DNA of 32,000 bases from Telmatocola sphagniphila (GTDB taxonomy: Bacteria; Planctomycetota; Planctomycetia; Gemmatales; Gemmataceae), in assembly GCF_018398935.1 (NCBI RefSeq), contig NZ_CP074694.1, positions 1,500,001-1,532,000 of the forward strand, written 5' to 3'. Position numbers and translations under genes: made by a program. Position 1 is the stretch's first letter; each line of letters opens with the position of its first letter. The notes beneath the pieces are model-generated. The model worked only from the letters and a program-made list of their open reading frames with translations. It was not told the origin of the DNA and ran no database searches. Below are positions 1 through 8,122 of the stretch, one piece after another.

Positions 1-1668
1 CCGGCTGGCAGACTCCGCCTGACATTCACGATTCCCGCCAATCAGTCCTCCAATGTGTATGCGGTAACGTTCTCGGCAGCGAAAGTTCCCGGATCGGCTG
101 CCAATGGCTTGGAAGTCTATCTTGATGCGAACAACCTGGCCTCGATCTCGGATAATTCCTCCCAGCGACTTACCAATAATGGTTTCTCTAATGGCTTGGC
201 CAGCAGCATACAGCTAAGCGATAGTCTGACGACCTATTACAGTCTGACTTTCACCGGGGCGCCCGGGTCAACGCATACGATCGATTTCGTCGGGACCGCA
301 GCCAACGGTCAGGCCCTAATCGATAATGTGCAGTTGCAAAGTGTCGATGCTCTTTTGACGGGAGCATCGCAGTCTCCTACCCCCTATCCCGATAATAACC
401 CGGACTACGGGCAATCCTTCGCGGATTATCAGAGCCGTACGAATGCTGAATCGGATTGGGCGCGACTGTATGGTTTAAAGTTTGTCGGCTATGAAGGGGG
501 CTGGGCTCTCGGCTCGGATCTGGGCGGCAAGTATGGTACCTACCCCCTGCTGGACTACGTGAAATTTAACATTACCAGCGCTGACCCGCAGTACAACAAC
601 GTCCGGTTGATGCAAGCCAAGGCGATCGATACATTTGCTAAAGCCGGCGGCACGCTGGAAATTTTCGGAACTTACACTCAGTGGCGCGGCAGCAACAACG
701 CCATACCAGGGCAATCCACACAGCCATTGCCAAGTGCCTACGATATTGCCAATAACCACTTACCTCCCGCCGCAAGTGGCAATCCCGATGCGAGTACGAC
801 GATTTATGGTCCAAACAGCACCCTGAATTTGAGTAACGCGAATCTGACTTCCGCTGTGTATTACGGCAACTCCAATAACTCGACCTCCCAGCTGAACTCT
901 CAACGCTCGAACCCGTATAACTTGTCGAGTAATTTTACCAGTCAGGACTGGGTGAACTGGAACGTCTTCGTGCCGACATCCGGTTTCTACAGGATCACGA
1001 GTTCGACTTCGGATCTGAATTCGGGTCAAGCTTCAATTTTCGTGGATGATCAAGCGATGACTTTCGACGGTGGCATAGGACAGGTGGCCGCAGCCGGTTC
1101 CGCGGCTACCGGAGTCGTGGCGTTAACCAAGGGCTTGCATACTATTCGCATTCAGGCGGTTTCCGGCCAATTCAATTTCAACAGTATCCAGGTGAGTAGT
1201 GTATTGAGTGCCTTCACGGGCAATCAACCTCGCTATTTAAGCGATATGACGCCGATAACCGCTTATAACAGTTGGGGACCGTACGAACGAGATATGAGTA
1301 ATGGAGAAGCGGCCGCGAACGATGGCCAGATGATTAGCATTGCGGGTCAAACTTTTGCCAAGGGGTTGGGTGTGCATTCGGGGAGTTCCTTGACCTACGC
1401 GATTCCTGCGGACGTCACCCGTTTTCAGGCGAATATCGGAGTCGACGATGAAGTAGGCAATAAAGGCTCAGTCGTATTTCAGGTCTATCTCGATGGAAAT
1501 TCAAATCCGGCTTACACTTCTTCGGTATTGCGCGGCTCCCAAGGTTCGGTTCCTATCAACATCAATGTCACCGGAGCACATACGCTGCGACTGGTAGTTA
1601 CAGATGCTGGGGATGGTCCAGATTACGATCATGCCGATTGGGCTAATGCTCGCTTTACCTCCAACTGA
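1..1668 (+). CDS. Secreted multidomain carbohydrate-binding / glycoside-hydrolase-like protein with C-terminal NPCBM (NEW2) module; 5'-truncated at window edge
   Basis: Frame 1 is open from nt 1: there is no stop before the GTG at 55 that the ORF track uses, so the gene probably starts upstream of the window. The C-terminal ~145 aa (nt ~1231-1665) fits the NPCBM signature: YLSDMTPITAYNSWGPYERDMSNGE...GLGVHSGSSLTYAIP...FQANIGVDDEVG.KGSVVFQVYLDG...LRLVVTDAGDGPDYDHADWANARF. The preceding FTSQDWVNWNVFVPTSGFYRI...GLHTIRIQAVSGQFNFNSIQV looks CBM6/35-like. The FVGYEGGW segment resembles the end of a TIM-barrel GH. Confidence 0.8.
   Translation, partial: PAGRLRLTFTIPANQSSNVYAVTFSAAKVPGSAANGLEVYLDANNLASISDNSSQRLTNNGFSNGLASSIQLSDSLTTYYSLTFTGAPGSTHTIDFVGTAANGQALIDNVQLQSVDALLTGASQSPTPYPDNNPDYGQSFADYQSRTNAESDWARLYGLKFVGYEGGWALGSDLGGKYGTYPLLDYVKFNITSADPQYNNVRLMQAKAIDTFAKAGGTLEIFGTYTQWRGSNNAIPGQSTQPLPSAYDIANNHLPPAASGNPDASTTIYGPNSTLNLSNANLTSAVYYGNSNNSTSQLNSQRSNPYNLSSNFTSQDWVNWNVFVPTSGFYRITSSTSDLNSGQASIFVDDQAMTFDGGIGQVAAAGSAATGVVALTKGLHTIRIQAVSGQFNFNSIQVSSVLSAFTGNQPRYLSDMTPITAYNSWGPYERDMSNGEAAANDGQMISIAGQTFAKGLGVHSGSSLTYAIPADVTRFQANIGVDDEVGNKGSVVFQVYLDGNSNPAYTSSVLRGSQGSVPININVTGAHTLRLVVTDAGDGPDYDHADWANARFTSN
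1231..1665 (+). other. NPCBM/NEW2 carbohydrate-binding module (domain of the CDS above)
   Basis: Motif string listed above. The codon frame was checked: (1231-55) is divisible by 3. Confidence 0.75.
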
Positions 1669-1728
1669 TCGGGAGAGACGCGGGGAATTTTCTGAAATTC
1701 AATCTTCAAGAGGAAGGCGTGGAATAAA

Positions 1729-2145
1729 ATGACAACAGATTCCTGCATTCGATTTTTTGAGGAGTCGAAGGTGAATAATACAGCTTTATTTCGACGGGGA
1801 GTTGTCCTGCCGTTGAACGATCAGGCCGAAGAAAATCTCCGCTGCAACCACATCGACAAGTCCGCCGAAGTTCGATACCTGCCTATTCAATCCGAAGAGT
1901 TGTTTAACGATCTCTGCTCGCAAGGTTTATTCCATGAGATCAACCGTCGCTGCGGCTCTTTTATTACAGATAAGGAATCGGAATTGGTGGAAGCCGCACT
2001 CATTCCGAGTCTCTTAGTTTCCGTCGATTTTATTCTGCAAAAAGGCATTGTAGAAGAGGAGAATGTTAGCAATTTTCTAAAAGACTTGAGGTACTTGACT
2101 ACTCAGGCATACGATCTCAATCGTCCTTTGATTTTTGTGCTGTAG
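1729..2145 (+). CDS. Hypothetical protein (138 aa), orphan; no family recognised
   Basis: ATG ORF lying 60 nt downstream of the NPCBM gene on the same strand, with a purine-rich stretch (AGAGGAAGG) upstream. GC is about 35-45% in three hand-counted lines, lower than the neighbours. Its last 29 nt overlap the 3' end of convergent hoxW. No motif recognised, so its coding status is uncertain. Confidence 0.4.
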   Translation: MTTDSCIRFFEESKVNNTALFRRGVVLPLNDQAEENLRCNHIDKSAEVRYLPIQSEELFNDLCSQGLFHEINRRCGSFITDKESELVEAALIPSLLVSVDFILQKGIVEEENVSNFLKDLRYLTTQAYDLNRPLIFVL

Positions 2146-2626
2146 CATTCGTCGCGATGATCTGCTTTTCGATACTTTTATGGAAAAGCGTTCGAAGATA
2201 ATCGAGCGCTTTTTGCAAATTCAATTGTGCCTTTTCCGTCAATCCCTCTTCAAACTCAAATTCGTATCCGCGAAGCGTGAGCAAATAACTTCGCGGGGAT
2301 GTGCCAAAGAATTTCTGGCAGATCGCCAGAAGTGTCTCCGGTCTCAGGATATGCGTAGAGAAGCTAGTCTCATCCTGAGGTAACACTACTGTCAGTCGAA
2401 ACGGTTCATCCTCGGATATCGCGGCATCGATGAAGATCCAGAAATCGTAATCCTTCGCGGTCTGAGCATCTTCGAGATTCAAACAGTAGCAATCTTCAAG
2501 GAATACGTCGGGCAGATTCCACTCCCGAAGCTTGCGGATAGCCTCCGGACCCAAACCATCGTCCTGCCGACCCGGATTTCCGTAGCCGACGATCCACCCC
2601 TTTCCTCGGAAATCGGGTTCAATCAT
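2117..2626 (-). CDS. hoxW: [NiFe]-hydrogenase maturation endopeptidase (HoxW/HybD/HycI family)
   Basis: The ORF-track ORF (2117..2722) runs into hoxH. The conserved N-terminus WIVGYGNPGRQDDGLGPEA (cf. GxGNxxxxDDGxG) begins just after the ATG at 2626-2624. That ATG overlaps the hoxH TGA (2625-2623) as ATGA. Candidate metal ligands are present: Asp in DDG, Asp in FIDA, His in STHIL. Confidence 0.85.
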   Translation of the reverse strand: MIEPDFRGKGWIVGYGNPGRQDDGLGPEAIRKLREWNLPDVFLEDCYCLNLEDAQTAKDYDFWIFIDAAISEDEPFRLTVVLPQDETSFSTHILRPETLLAICQKFFGTSPRSYLLTLRGYEFEFEEGLTEKAQLNLQKALDYLRTLFHKSIEKQIIATNATAQKSKDD

Positions 2627-4065
2627 ACGCGATATCGACGTGTGAGTTCCTGCCCATCGGGTCCTTCGAGAATCGCGACAAGCGGCATCTTCCCGATGGC
2701 ATGCGTCGCACATGATAAACAAGGATCGTAGGCCCGTATCGCGACTTCGACGTGATTTAGTAACCCTTCGGTAATTTCCTGTCCGGAGAGATAATCCTCG
2801 GCCACCTTGGTTACCGAACGATTCAAAGCCTCGTTGTTGCTGGTTGTCGAGACAATCAAGTTCGCACTCTTCACCAGGTCGTCTTCACCCACCGTGTAGT
2901 GGTGGAATAACGTGCCTCGCGGGGCTTCGATCCATGCAATTCCCTCTTTTCGTCGGATACCCTTAGCTACCAATTCTCCCTGAAGTAAATCCGCATCGTT
3001 TAGGAACGTGTGAATTACTTCCAACGCATGGATCATGCAAATAATTCGCGCCCAATGATAAGCGAGCGTCGCATGAACCGGGTAACCCCAGCCGGCCTTC
3101 AAAAAGCGCTGTCTTTCCTGCTCGGCTAACGGGGTAGCAATATGTGAACAGCAATTGATCTGAGCCAGCGGTCCAACTCGATACCATCCCTCTTCTTTAC
3201 CCAGCGATCTGATATGCGGGAACTTCATATAGCTCCAGGATCGAACTTCTTCCACTAGAACATCACAATATTGCTCCGGCTTCACTCCATCGAATATGAT
3301 TTTGCCCTCTCGATCGATTGCCCGCAACCACCCATCATAAAGATCCATTGCCCCATCAGTTCCCACCAGGCTCATATAGCTGGAGGGAAAACTGCCGAAT
3401 TCCGAGTGCCTTTTCCAATCTTCCCGGGCGATGGTCTGGCATAACTCCAGGGCTTCCTGCGTCCAGCCCAAAATTTGATCGACCTTTTGCCGGAGTTCAT
3501 CTCTTCGCGACGCATCGAGTTGCTGATTGAAGCCGCCAGGGATGGCCGAGTTCGTGTGGATTTTGCGGCCACCGGTAGCCGCGATCACTTCCTGGCCAAA
3601 GCTTCGAATGAGGATCGCTCGCTTGGCCAACTCGGGATATCGCTGCGCCAGTCCAACGATATTTCGTTGAGCTGCCGGCGAATCAAAACCGAATAACAAA
3701 TCCGGAGAGGCCAGGTGGAAGAAATGCAGAGCATTCGACTGGAGGATTTGACCATGATGCATCAGTCGGCGCATTTTATCTGCGCGGACCGGCACGCGAT
3801 CTACCCCAATGACCTTATCCATTGCCTTGGCCGCGCAAAGATGATGGCTAACGGGACAGATACCGCACAGCCGTTGAATTACGACGGGAACTTCTCGGAA
3901 CGGCCGACCCTGAATGAATTTTTCGAATCCTCGAAATTCGACGACGTGGAAGCGGGCCTGTTCTACCTGTCCTTTTTCATCCAGGCGAATGGTCACTTTG
4001 CCGTGCCCTTCCACTCGGGTTACGGGATCTATGATGATCTTGCGACGATGAGGTACGGAGTCCAT
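2623..4065 (-). CDS. hoxH: [NiFe]-hydrogenase large subunit, NAD-linked bidirectional/soluble type (group 3d)
   Basis: N-terminal RVEGHG. L1 motif QRLCGICPVSHH (nt 3841-3876). L2 motif DPCLSCATH (nt 2701-2727), followed by a 25-aa C-terminal tail typical of the peptide removed by the endopeptidase. The context is HoxF/U/Y/W. Confidence 0.95.
   Translation of the reverse strand: MDSVPHRRKIIIDPVTRVEGHGKVTIRLDEKGQVEQARFHVVEFRGFEKFIQGRPFREVPVVIQRLCGICPVSHHLCAAKAMDKVIGVDRVPVRADKMRRLMHHGQILQSNALHFFHLASPDLLFGFDSPAAQRNIVGLAQRYPELAKRAILIRSFGQEVIAATGGRKIHTNSAIPGGFNQQLDASRRDELRQKVDQILGWTQEALELCQTIAREDWKRHSEFGSFPSSYMSLVGTDGAMDLYDGWLRAIDREGKIIFDGVKPEQYCDVLVEEVRSWSYMKFPHIRSLGKEEGWYRVGPLAQINCCSHIATPLAEQERQRFLKAGWGYPVHATLAYHWARIICMIHALEVIHTFLNDADLLQGELVAKGIRRKEGIAWIEAPRGTLFHHYTVGEDDLVKSANLIVSTTSNNEALNRSVTKVAEDYLSGQEITEGLLNHVEVAIRAYDPCLSCATHAIGKMPLVAILEGPDGQELTRRYRV
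2701..2727 (-). other. NiFe-site L2 motif DPCLSCATH, with the endopeptidase cleavage site expected after the His
   Basis: Reverse complement of 2701-2727 reads gat cct tgt tta tca tgt gcg acg cat. Confidence 0.9.
3844..3873 (-). other. NiFe-site L1 motif RLCGICPVSH
   Basis: Reverse complement of 3841-3876 reads caa cgg ctg tgc ggt atc tgt ccc gtt agc cat cat, which translates to QRLCGICPVSHH. Confidence 0.9.
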
Positions 4066-4074
4066 GGCAATTAT

Positions 4075-4617
4075 TCACTCGTATTTCAAAAGGCTCGGCG
4101 GCAACCTGGGTGAGCGGCCGGCCAGGAGTTCTGTCACAAAAAACCAAATCGCATCGGCGGAGGGAGGGCAGCCGGGAAGGAAGTGGTCGATTTTGACCAC
4201 TTCATGGCAGGGGTAAACGCGATCGAGAAGACGAGGAAGATCGGGATCGTCAGGAATTTCTCCGCCGGATATGTGGGTCGGTCCTTGCGTGTAGGCTTCT
4301 TCCAGACAACTCGTCAGGCTGATCATGTTCCGAAAAGATGGCACTCCTCCTGTCAGAGCGCAGGCACCGACTGCCACTAAAATCCTGCAGTTCTTTCGGA
4401 AGTTTTTCAGAACGTGGACATTATGTTCGCTGGAGCAGCCTCCCTCAACCAGACCGATATCCACGATTTGATCGAATTCCTTTTTGTCGTTCAGTGGCGA
4501 TTTATCGAGATCGATCAACTCGATTAAATCCAGGAGTTTTTCGTCGATATCGAGGAGGGACATATGGCAACCAAAGCATCCGGCCAGGGAACAGGTTGCC
4601 AGCTTCGGTTTTCTCAC
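4075..4617 (-). CDS. hoxY: [NiFe]-hydrogenase small subunit (group 3d, single proximal [4Fe-4S])
   Basis: The ORF-track ORF extends to 4755, inside hoxU. I place the start at GTG 4617-4615 (VRKPKLATCSLAGCFGCHMSLLDIDEKL...). It has GGGAGGA 5 nt upstream and overlaps the hoxU TGA (4616-4614) as GTGA. Cys motifs: GCFGCH, GACA, PGCPP. The resulting 180 aa is typical of HoxY. Confidence 0.88.
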   Translation of the reverse strand: MRKPKLATCSLAGCFGCHMSLLDIDEKLLDLIELIDLDKSPLNDKKEFDQIVDIGLVEGGCSSEHNVHVLKNFRKNCRILVAVGACALTGGVPSFRNMISLTSCLEEAYTQGPTHISGGEIPDDPDLPRLLDRVYPCHEVVKIDHFLPGCPPSADAIWFFVTELLAGRSPRLPPSLLKYE

Positions 4618-5354
4618 GATTGTCCTCCCAGAGGTTCTGGTGACGGGAGTTTTTTCTGTTCCACCTCGAAACCGATGAGATGCCGGTCGTAAACGCGATT
4701 TCCCACCGGTTGTTCGTAGGAATGATGCTTGGGGAGTATGCATCCGACAGGACAAACCTGGGTCGATTTGTCCGTTTCAAGGAAATTGGTTGAACCTAAA
4801 CCAGTCAGAGCATCGACCGCAATGTGAGAGTCAATGCCCCGTCCTTCCAGACTGAATACGGCTTTCCCATCTTCGGTTTTGGAAGCGCGAACGCAGCGGC
4901 AACAGAGAATACAGCGATCTCGATCGATCAGAACATCGGGATGGCTGGCGTCGAGTTCCCGCTTCGGCCAACGAAAAGCCAGCCGGGTAGCATCCATACC
5001 GAGTCGATAACCCAGGGCCTGCAATTCGCAATTGCCGCTTTTTTCGCAAGTCGGACAGATATGGTTACCTTCGACGAACAGCATTTCCAGAATCATCCGA
5101 CGATCATGCTGCAACTCAGGCGTTTGGTTCTCAACTTTCATTCCCGCTATCACTGGGGTAACGCAAGTGGCGGCGAAACGCCCGTTGATTTTGCAAGTGC
5201 ACATCCGGCAATGACCACCCGGCGGAAGATCAGGATGGTAGCAGAGCCGTGGAATGTAGATCCCCTGCCGGTCGCAAGCCTTCAGAATCGTCTCCCCAGC
5301 ATGTGCCGTCACAGTTTGCCCGTCCACAGTGAACTGCAAGAGTGAATCGTTCAT
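4614..5354 (-). CDS. hoxU: Hydrogenase diaphorase subunit, NuoG-N-terminal-like Fe-S protein
   Basis: 2Fe-2S ferredoxin-type N-terminus (CYHPDLPPGGHCRMCTCKINGRFAATC). HxxxCxxCxxxxxC motif (HICPTCEKSGNC). CxxCxxC...CP motif (CILCCRC ... CPVGC). The ATG 5354-5352 overlaps the hoxF TGA 5353-5351 as ATGA. Confidence 0.9.
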   Translation of the reverse strand: MNDSLLQFTVDGQTVTAHAGETILKACDRQGIYIPRLCYHPDLPPGGHCRMCTCKINGRFAATCVTPVIAGMKVENQTPELQHDRRMILEMLFVEGNHICPTCEKSGNCELQALGYRLGMDATRLAFRWPKRELDASHPDVLIDRDRCILCCRCVRASKTEDGKAVFSLEGRGIDSHIAVDALTGLGSTNFLETDKSTQVCPVGCILPKHHSYEQPVGNRVYDRHLIGFEVEQKKLPSPEPLGGQS

Positions 5355-7132
5355 AGCAGTGATATCCGTTCCCGTGCATCAGTCCGAAGTTGGGTGGCTT
5401 CTGCGAGCGATTTTTCCAGATCGAAATCGGGCTGAAAATCGAGGTTCGTTAATTGAGAATCCCAGAGTGGACGGAAATTTTTCAAGCTATCCAAAATGGG
5501 GTTCGGAGCTGTTTGACCGAGTCCGCAGCGGCTGGTTCGCGCTACCGTCCCGGCCAGGGATTCAAGCTGGTGCAGATCAGCAAGCGTACCCTGCTGCCCG
5601 AGAATTTTATCGAGCAGTCGTGGGAATAAAGCCGTACCAACGCGACAGGGGACGCACCAACCACAAGATTCCTCTTTAAAGAATTCGGAGAAACCGCGAA
5701 CGATCTGGAGAAGATCACGCTGGCTATTGAAGATCATAAACGAGCCGCCGGAAGGAAGATCTTCGAAAGCGATTTTTCTGTCGAAGTCTTTAGGACCTAT
5801 CAGGTGTCCGGAGGGGCCGCCAATTTGCACCGCGGCCACATCTGGAGCATCGGCAAGCTCGAGAAGTTCCTTTACGGTCGCGCCAAAAGGTACTTCGTAA
5901 ACGCCCGGTTTATTGCAGTCGCCAGAGATGCTATGGAGTTTTGTACCGGTGGAATCGTGGGTTCCAATTCGAGAAAACCAGTCCGCTCCGCGAGCCAGGA
6001 TTCTGGGAATGCAAGCAAAAGTTTCGACGTTGTTGACTGTGGTTGGCAATCCGAGGTAGCCGCGCTCCGTCGGATAAGGTGGGCGGTCGCGCGGTGCCCC
6101 GCGTTTTCCTTCAAGCGATTCGATCAGGGCGGATTCCTCACCGCAGATATAGGCTCCGGCCCCCATGTGAATTTGGATATCGAATGAGAAATCCTTGTCG
6201 TGAATTCTTGTCCCGAGCAGGCCCTTTTCCCGTCGCTCTTGAAGATGCTTTTCGAGCACAGGTTTCAGATAAGCATACTCCGCTCGCAGATAGATGATCC
6301 CGATCGAGGCTCCGATAGCCCAGGCCGCGATGGTTATGCCTTCCAGAAGAAGTTCCGGCACTTCACTCAGCAGGACGCGATCCTTAAATGTGCCCGGTTC
6401 TCCTTCATCGGCATTACATATGACAACGCGATCTCGGGCTGCGAAACTGCGGCAAGATTTCCATTTCAAACCCGTGGGAAAACCTGCTCCGCCTCTCCCT
6501 CGCAGCCGGGACCGAGTGACTTCCTCGATGACATTTTCCGGCGCCAACAATAGCGCCTTTTGCAGGCCCTCATTGGGGGGGTGCTCTGAAAAGAGTACCG
6601 GACCCTTCCGTTGTATGCCAAAATCTACTCGCGAGTGGTCATGCTGGGAAAGAGGCAAGCCCGATCTCAGGAGTTGAATAATTTCCGGCACATGATTGGG
6701 TGATAACCGTGTCAGTGGCCAATCTTCGATCAGTGCGGAAGGTTCCTGATCCGACATTCCCAGATCCGAAGTCCAGCTGAGAGAGAATTGGCCATCGGAG
6801 CTGGTGCCTCCCATCGTCACACCAAGAGCTTTTTCAAATGCGGCCGCCAGTTCGTCTGCGCCTTTCATGAGGCTTATGGGAGTCTTAGCGAGACGGATGG
6901 CGATTTTTCCCGTGCGGTTGAAATCCAGGAAGGTGTAAAAGCTGGCAGTGTCCAAGACTGCCGAATAATGAAGATTCAATTCCGAAGCAATGAACGCGAC
7001 CATGGGTTTCGTGATCGGTCCAGCCACCTGCCGGATCTGACGCAGAAGTGGCACCAGATTCGTTTTGTCCGAATTGGATTCGCGAAGGAGAATTCGTATC
7101 AGCAACTTTAGTTGTTCGGAAACCTGAGCCAA
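5351..7132 (-). CDS. hoxF: Hydrogenase diaphorase subunit, NuoF-like (FMN/NADH) with fused NuoE-like N-terminal module
   Basis: FMN motif GRGGAGFPTGLKW. NADH motif CNADEGEPGTFKDR. [4Fe-4S] motif ESCGWCVPCRVG...RCGLGQTA. The first ~150 aa align by eye to NuoE/Nqo2. The ORF-track start at 7132 is TTG (reverse complement TTG GCT CAG GTT), with AAGGACCGGAG immediately upstream. The exact start is uncertain. Confidence 0.9.
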   Translation of the reverse strand: MAQVSEQLKLLIRILLRESNSDKTNLVPLLRQIRQVAGPITKPMVAFIASELNLHYSAVLDTASFYTFLDFNRTGKIAIRLAKTPISLMKGADELAAAFEKALGVTMGGTSSDGQFSLSWTSDLGMSDQEPSALIEDWPLTRLSPNHVPEIIQLLRSGLPLSQHDHSRVDFGIQRKGPVLFSEHPPNEGLQKALLLAPENVIEEVTRSRLRGRGGAGFPTGLKWKSCRSFAARDRVVICNADEGEPGTFKDRVLLSEVPELLLEGITIAAWAIGASIGIIYLRAEYAYLKPVLEKHLQERREKGLLGTRIHDKDFSFDIQIHMGAGAYICGEESALIESLEGKRGAPRDRPPYPTERGYLGLPTTVNNVETFACIPRILARGADWFSRIGTHDSTGTKLHSISGDCNKPGVYEVPFGATVKELLELADAPDVAAVQIGGPSGHLIGPKDFDRKIAFEDLPSGGSFMIFNSQRDLLQIVRGFSEFFKEESCGWCVPCRVGTALFPRLLDKILGQQGTLADLHQLESLAGTVARTSRCGLGQTAPNPILDSLKNFRPLWDSQLTNLDFQPDFDLEKSLAEATQLRTDARERISLL

Positions 7133-7213
7133 CTCCGGTCCTTGTGTAAACGGGATAATTCGGAGGGCAGTTTCGATAATATCTACATCCTGCAGAGTAT
7201 CCGATGAAATTCA
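7133..7213 (-). promoter_or_regulatory. 81-bp spacer upstream of hoxF, a possible hox promoter/operator region
   Basis: This is the only non-coding gap upstream of the tightly coupled hox genes. The upstream gene is on the same strand, so read-through cannot be excluded. An AT-rich GATATTATCGAAA stretch is present, but I recognised no confident -35/-10 pair. Confidence 0.3.
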
Positions 7214-8122
7214 CTACCGGGTGTTTTTCAGATACTTGCTGAAGAAAGCGATCATGGCTGCATCCGCGGCCTCGGCATCTTTGCCTTTGAAACCATGTCC
7301 CGCGCCTTCCATGGTCAATAATTGTGCATCGACATTGGCTGCTTTCAATCGATCAATTAACCAAACCGCCTGCTCGTACGCAACATAATTATCTTTCGTC
7401 CCATGAATGCACAATGTCGGGCTGGCGTTTGGTGTGACCCAGTAGAGGGGGCTGGAGCGAATATGCTGTTCGCGAGCTGTTTCCAGGTTGCCGCCGAGGA
7501 ACAGCGGGAGGACTTCGGCCGCATCGACACTTTTGCCATAGGATTTCGTGAAATCGCTCGGGCCGAAATAGTTCACGACGCATTTAACCTTGCTCGAAAA
7601 CTCCGCATTTCCCCCCTGCCCTTCAAATTCTTTGACATCCCCAGTCACTCCGAGAAATTGGGCGAGATGTCCGCCGGCCGAACCGCCTGTAACGCCGATC
7701 CTATCCGGGTCGATATGGAATTTTTTGGCATTTGCCCGTGCCCATCGTACGGCCGCTTTGACATCGTGAACCGCCGCGGGAAACGGGTACTTCGGTGCAA
7801 GGCGATAGCTGACAGTCATGGCTACAAAACCATGCTCGGCCAGCGTTCTACAGAGCTTGTCATAACCCGATCGATTACCGGCCCGAAATCCACCCCCATG
7901 AATGCAGATGATGGTCGGAAATGGGCCAGCTCCTTCTGTCGGGCGAGCCAAATTCAACTGCAGGTGCTGATCGTCGGGGTTGGAGTATTCAATATTCTGG
8001 AGAAACTCAATCTTGGCCATTGGTTTTGGAGTCGCCGTTTCTTGATCGGCTCGAACAATCGAACCGGAGAAAAGCAGGCTTAGGGTAAGTAAACTTCGAA
8101 AACAGAGATTTGTCGCTGACAC
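7214..8122 (-). CDS. Secreted alpha/beta-hydrolase, carboxylesterase/lipase type (HGGG class)
   Basis: Oxyanion motif CIHGGGFRAGN, nucleophile elbow GVTGGSAGGHLA (GxSxG), and C-terminal GAGHGF His. The ORF-track start 8158 is TTG. I prefer GTG 8122, which has GGAG 9 nt upstream and yields the signal peptide MSATNLCFRSLLTLSLLFSGSIVRA. The start is uncertain by 36 nt. Confidence 0.8.
   Translation of the reverse strand: MSATNLCFRSLLTLSLLFSGSIVRADQETATPKPMAKIEFLQNIEYSNPDDQHLQLNLARPTEGAGPFPTIICIHGGGFRAGNRSGYDKLCRTLAEHGFVAMTVSYRLAPKYPFPAAVHDVKAAVRWARANAKKFHIDPDRIGVTGGSAGGHLAQFLGVTGDVKEFEGQGGNAEFSSKVKCVVNYFGPSDFTKSYGKSVDAAEVLPLFLGGNLETAREQHIRSSPLYWVTPNASPTLCIHGTKDNYVAYEQAVWLIDRLKAANVDAQLLTMEGAGHGFKGKDAEAADAAMIAFFSKYLKNTR

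Noticed and set aside
3921-3936. tttcgaATCCtcgaaa hairpin, with a TTCGAATCC string reminiscent of a tRNA T-arm
   Set aside because: It lies inside hoxH coding sequence and has no acceptor or anticodon arms around it. No tRNA-like cloverleaf could be built.
4618-4755. N-terminal 46-codon extension of hoxY in the ORF track, and likewise 2627-2722 for hoxW
   Set aside because: The extensions lie inside the preceding gene in another frame and encode Arg/Thr-rich non-conserved sequence. SD-preceded GTG and ATG starts overlapping the upstream stop give canonical protein N-termini.
4824-5345. 173-aa ORF antisense to hoxU. Similar shadow ORFs occur at 5804-6187, 6200-6677, 8808-9317, 11912-12484, 17336-17720 and 29452-29892.
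   Set aside because: All overlap genes with strong family motifs on the opposite strand. None has a recognisable motif or a ribosome-binding site.
7403-8083. 226-aa ORF antisense to the esterase
   Set aside because: The minus strand carries clear HGGG and GxSxG esterase motifs. The plus-frame product is low-complexity and Arg/Ala-rich.
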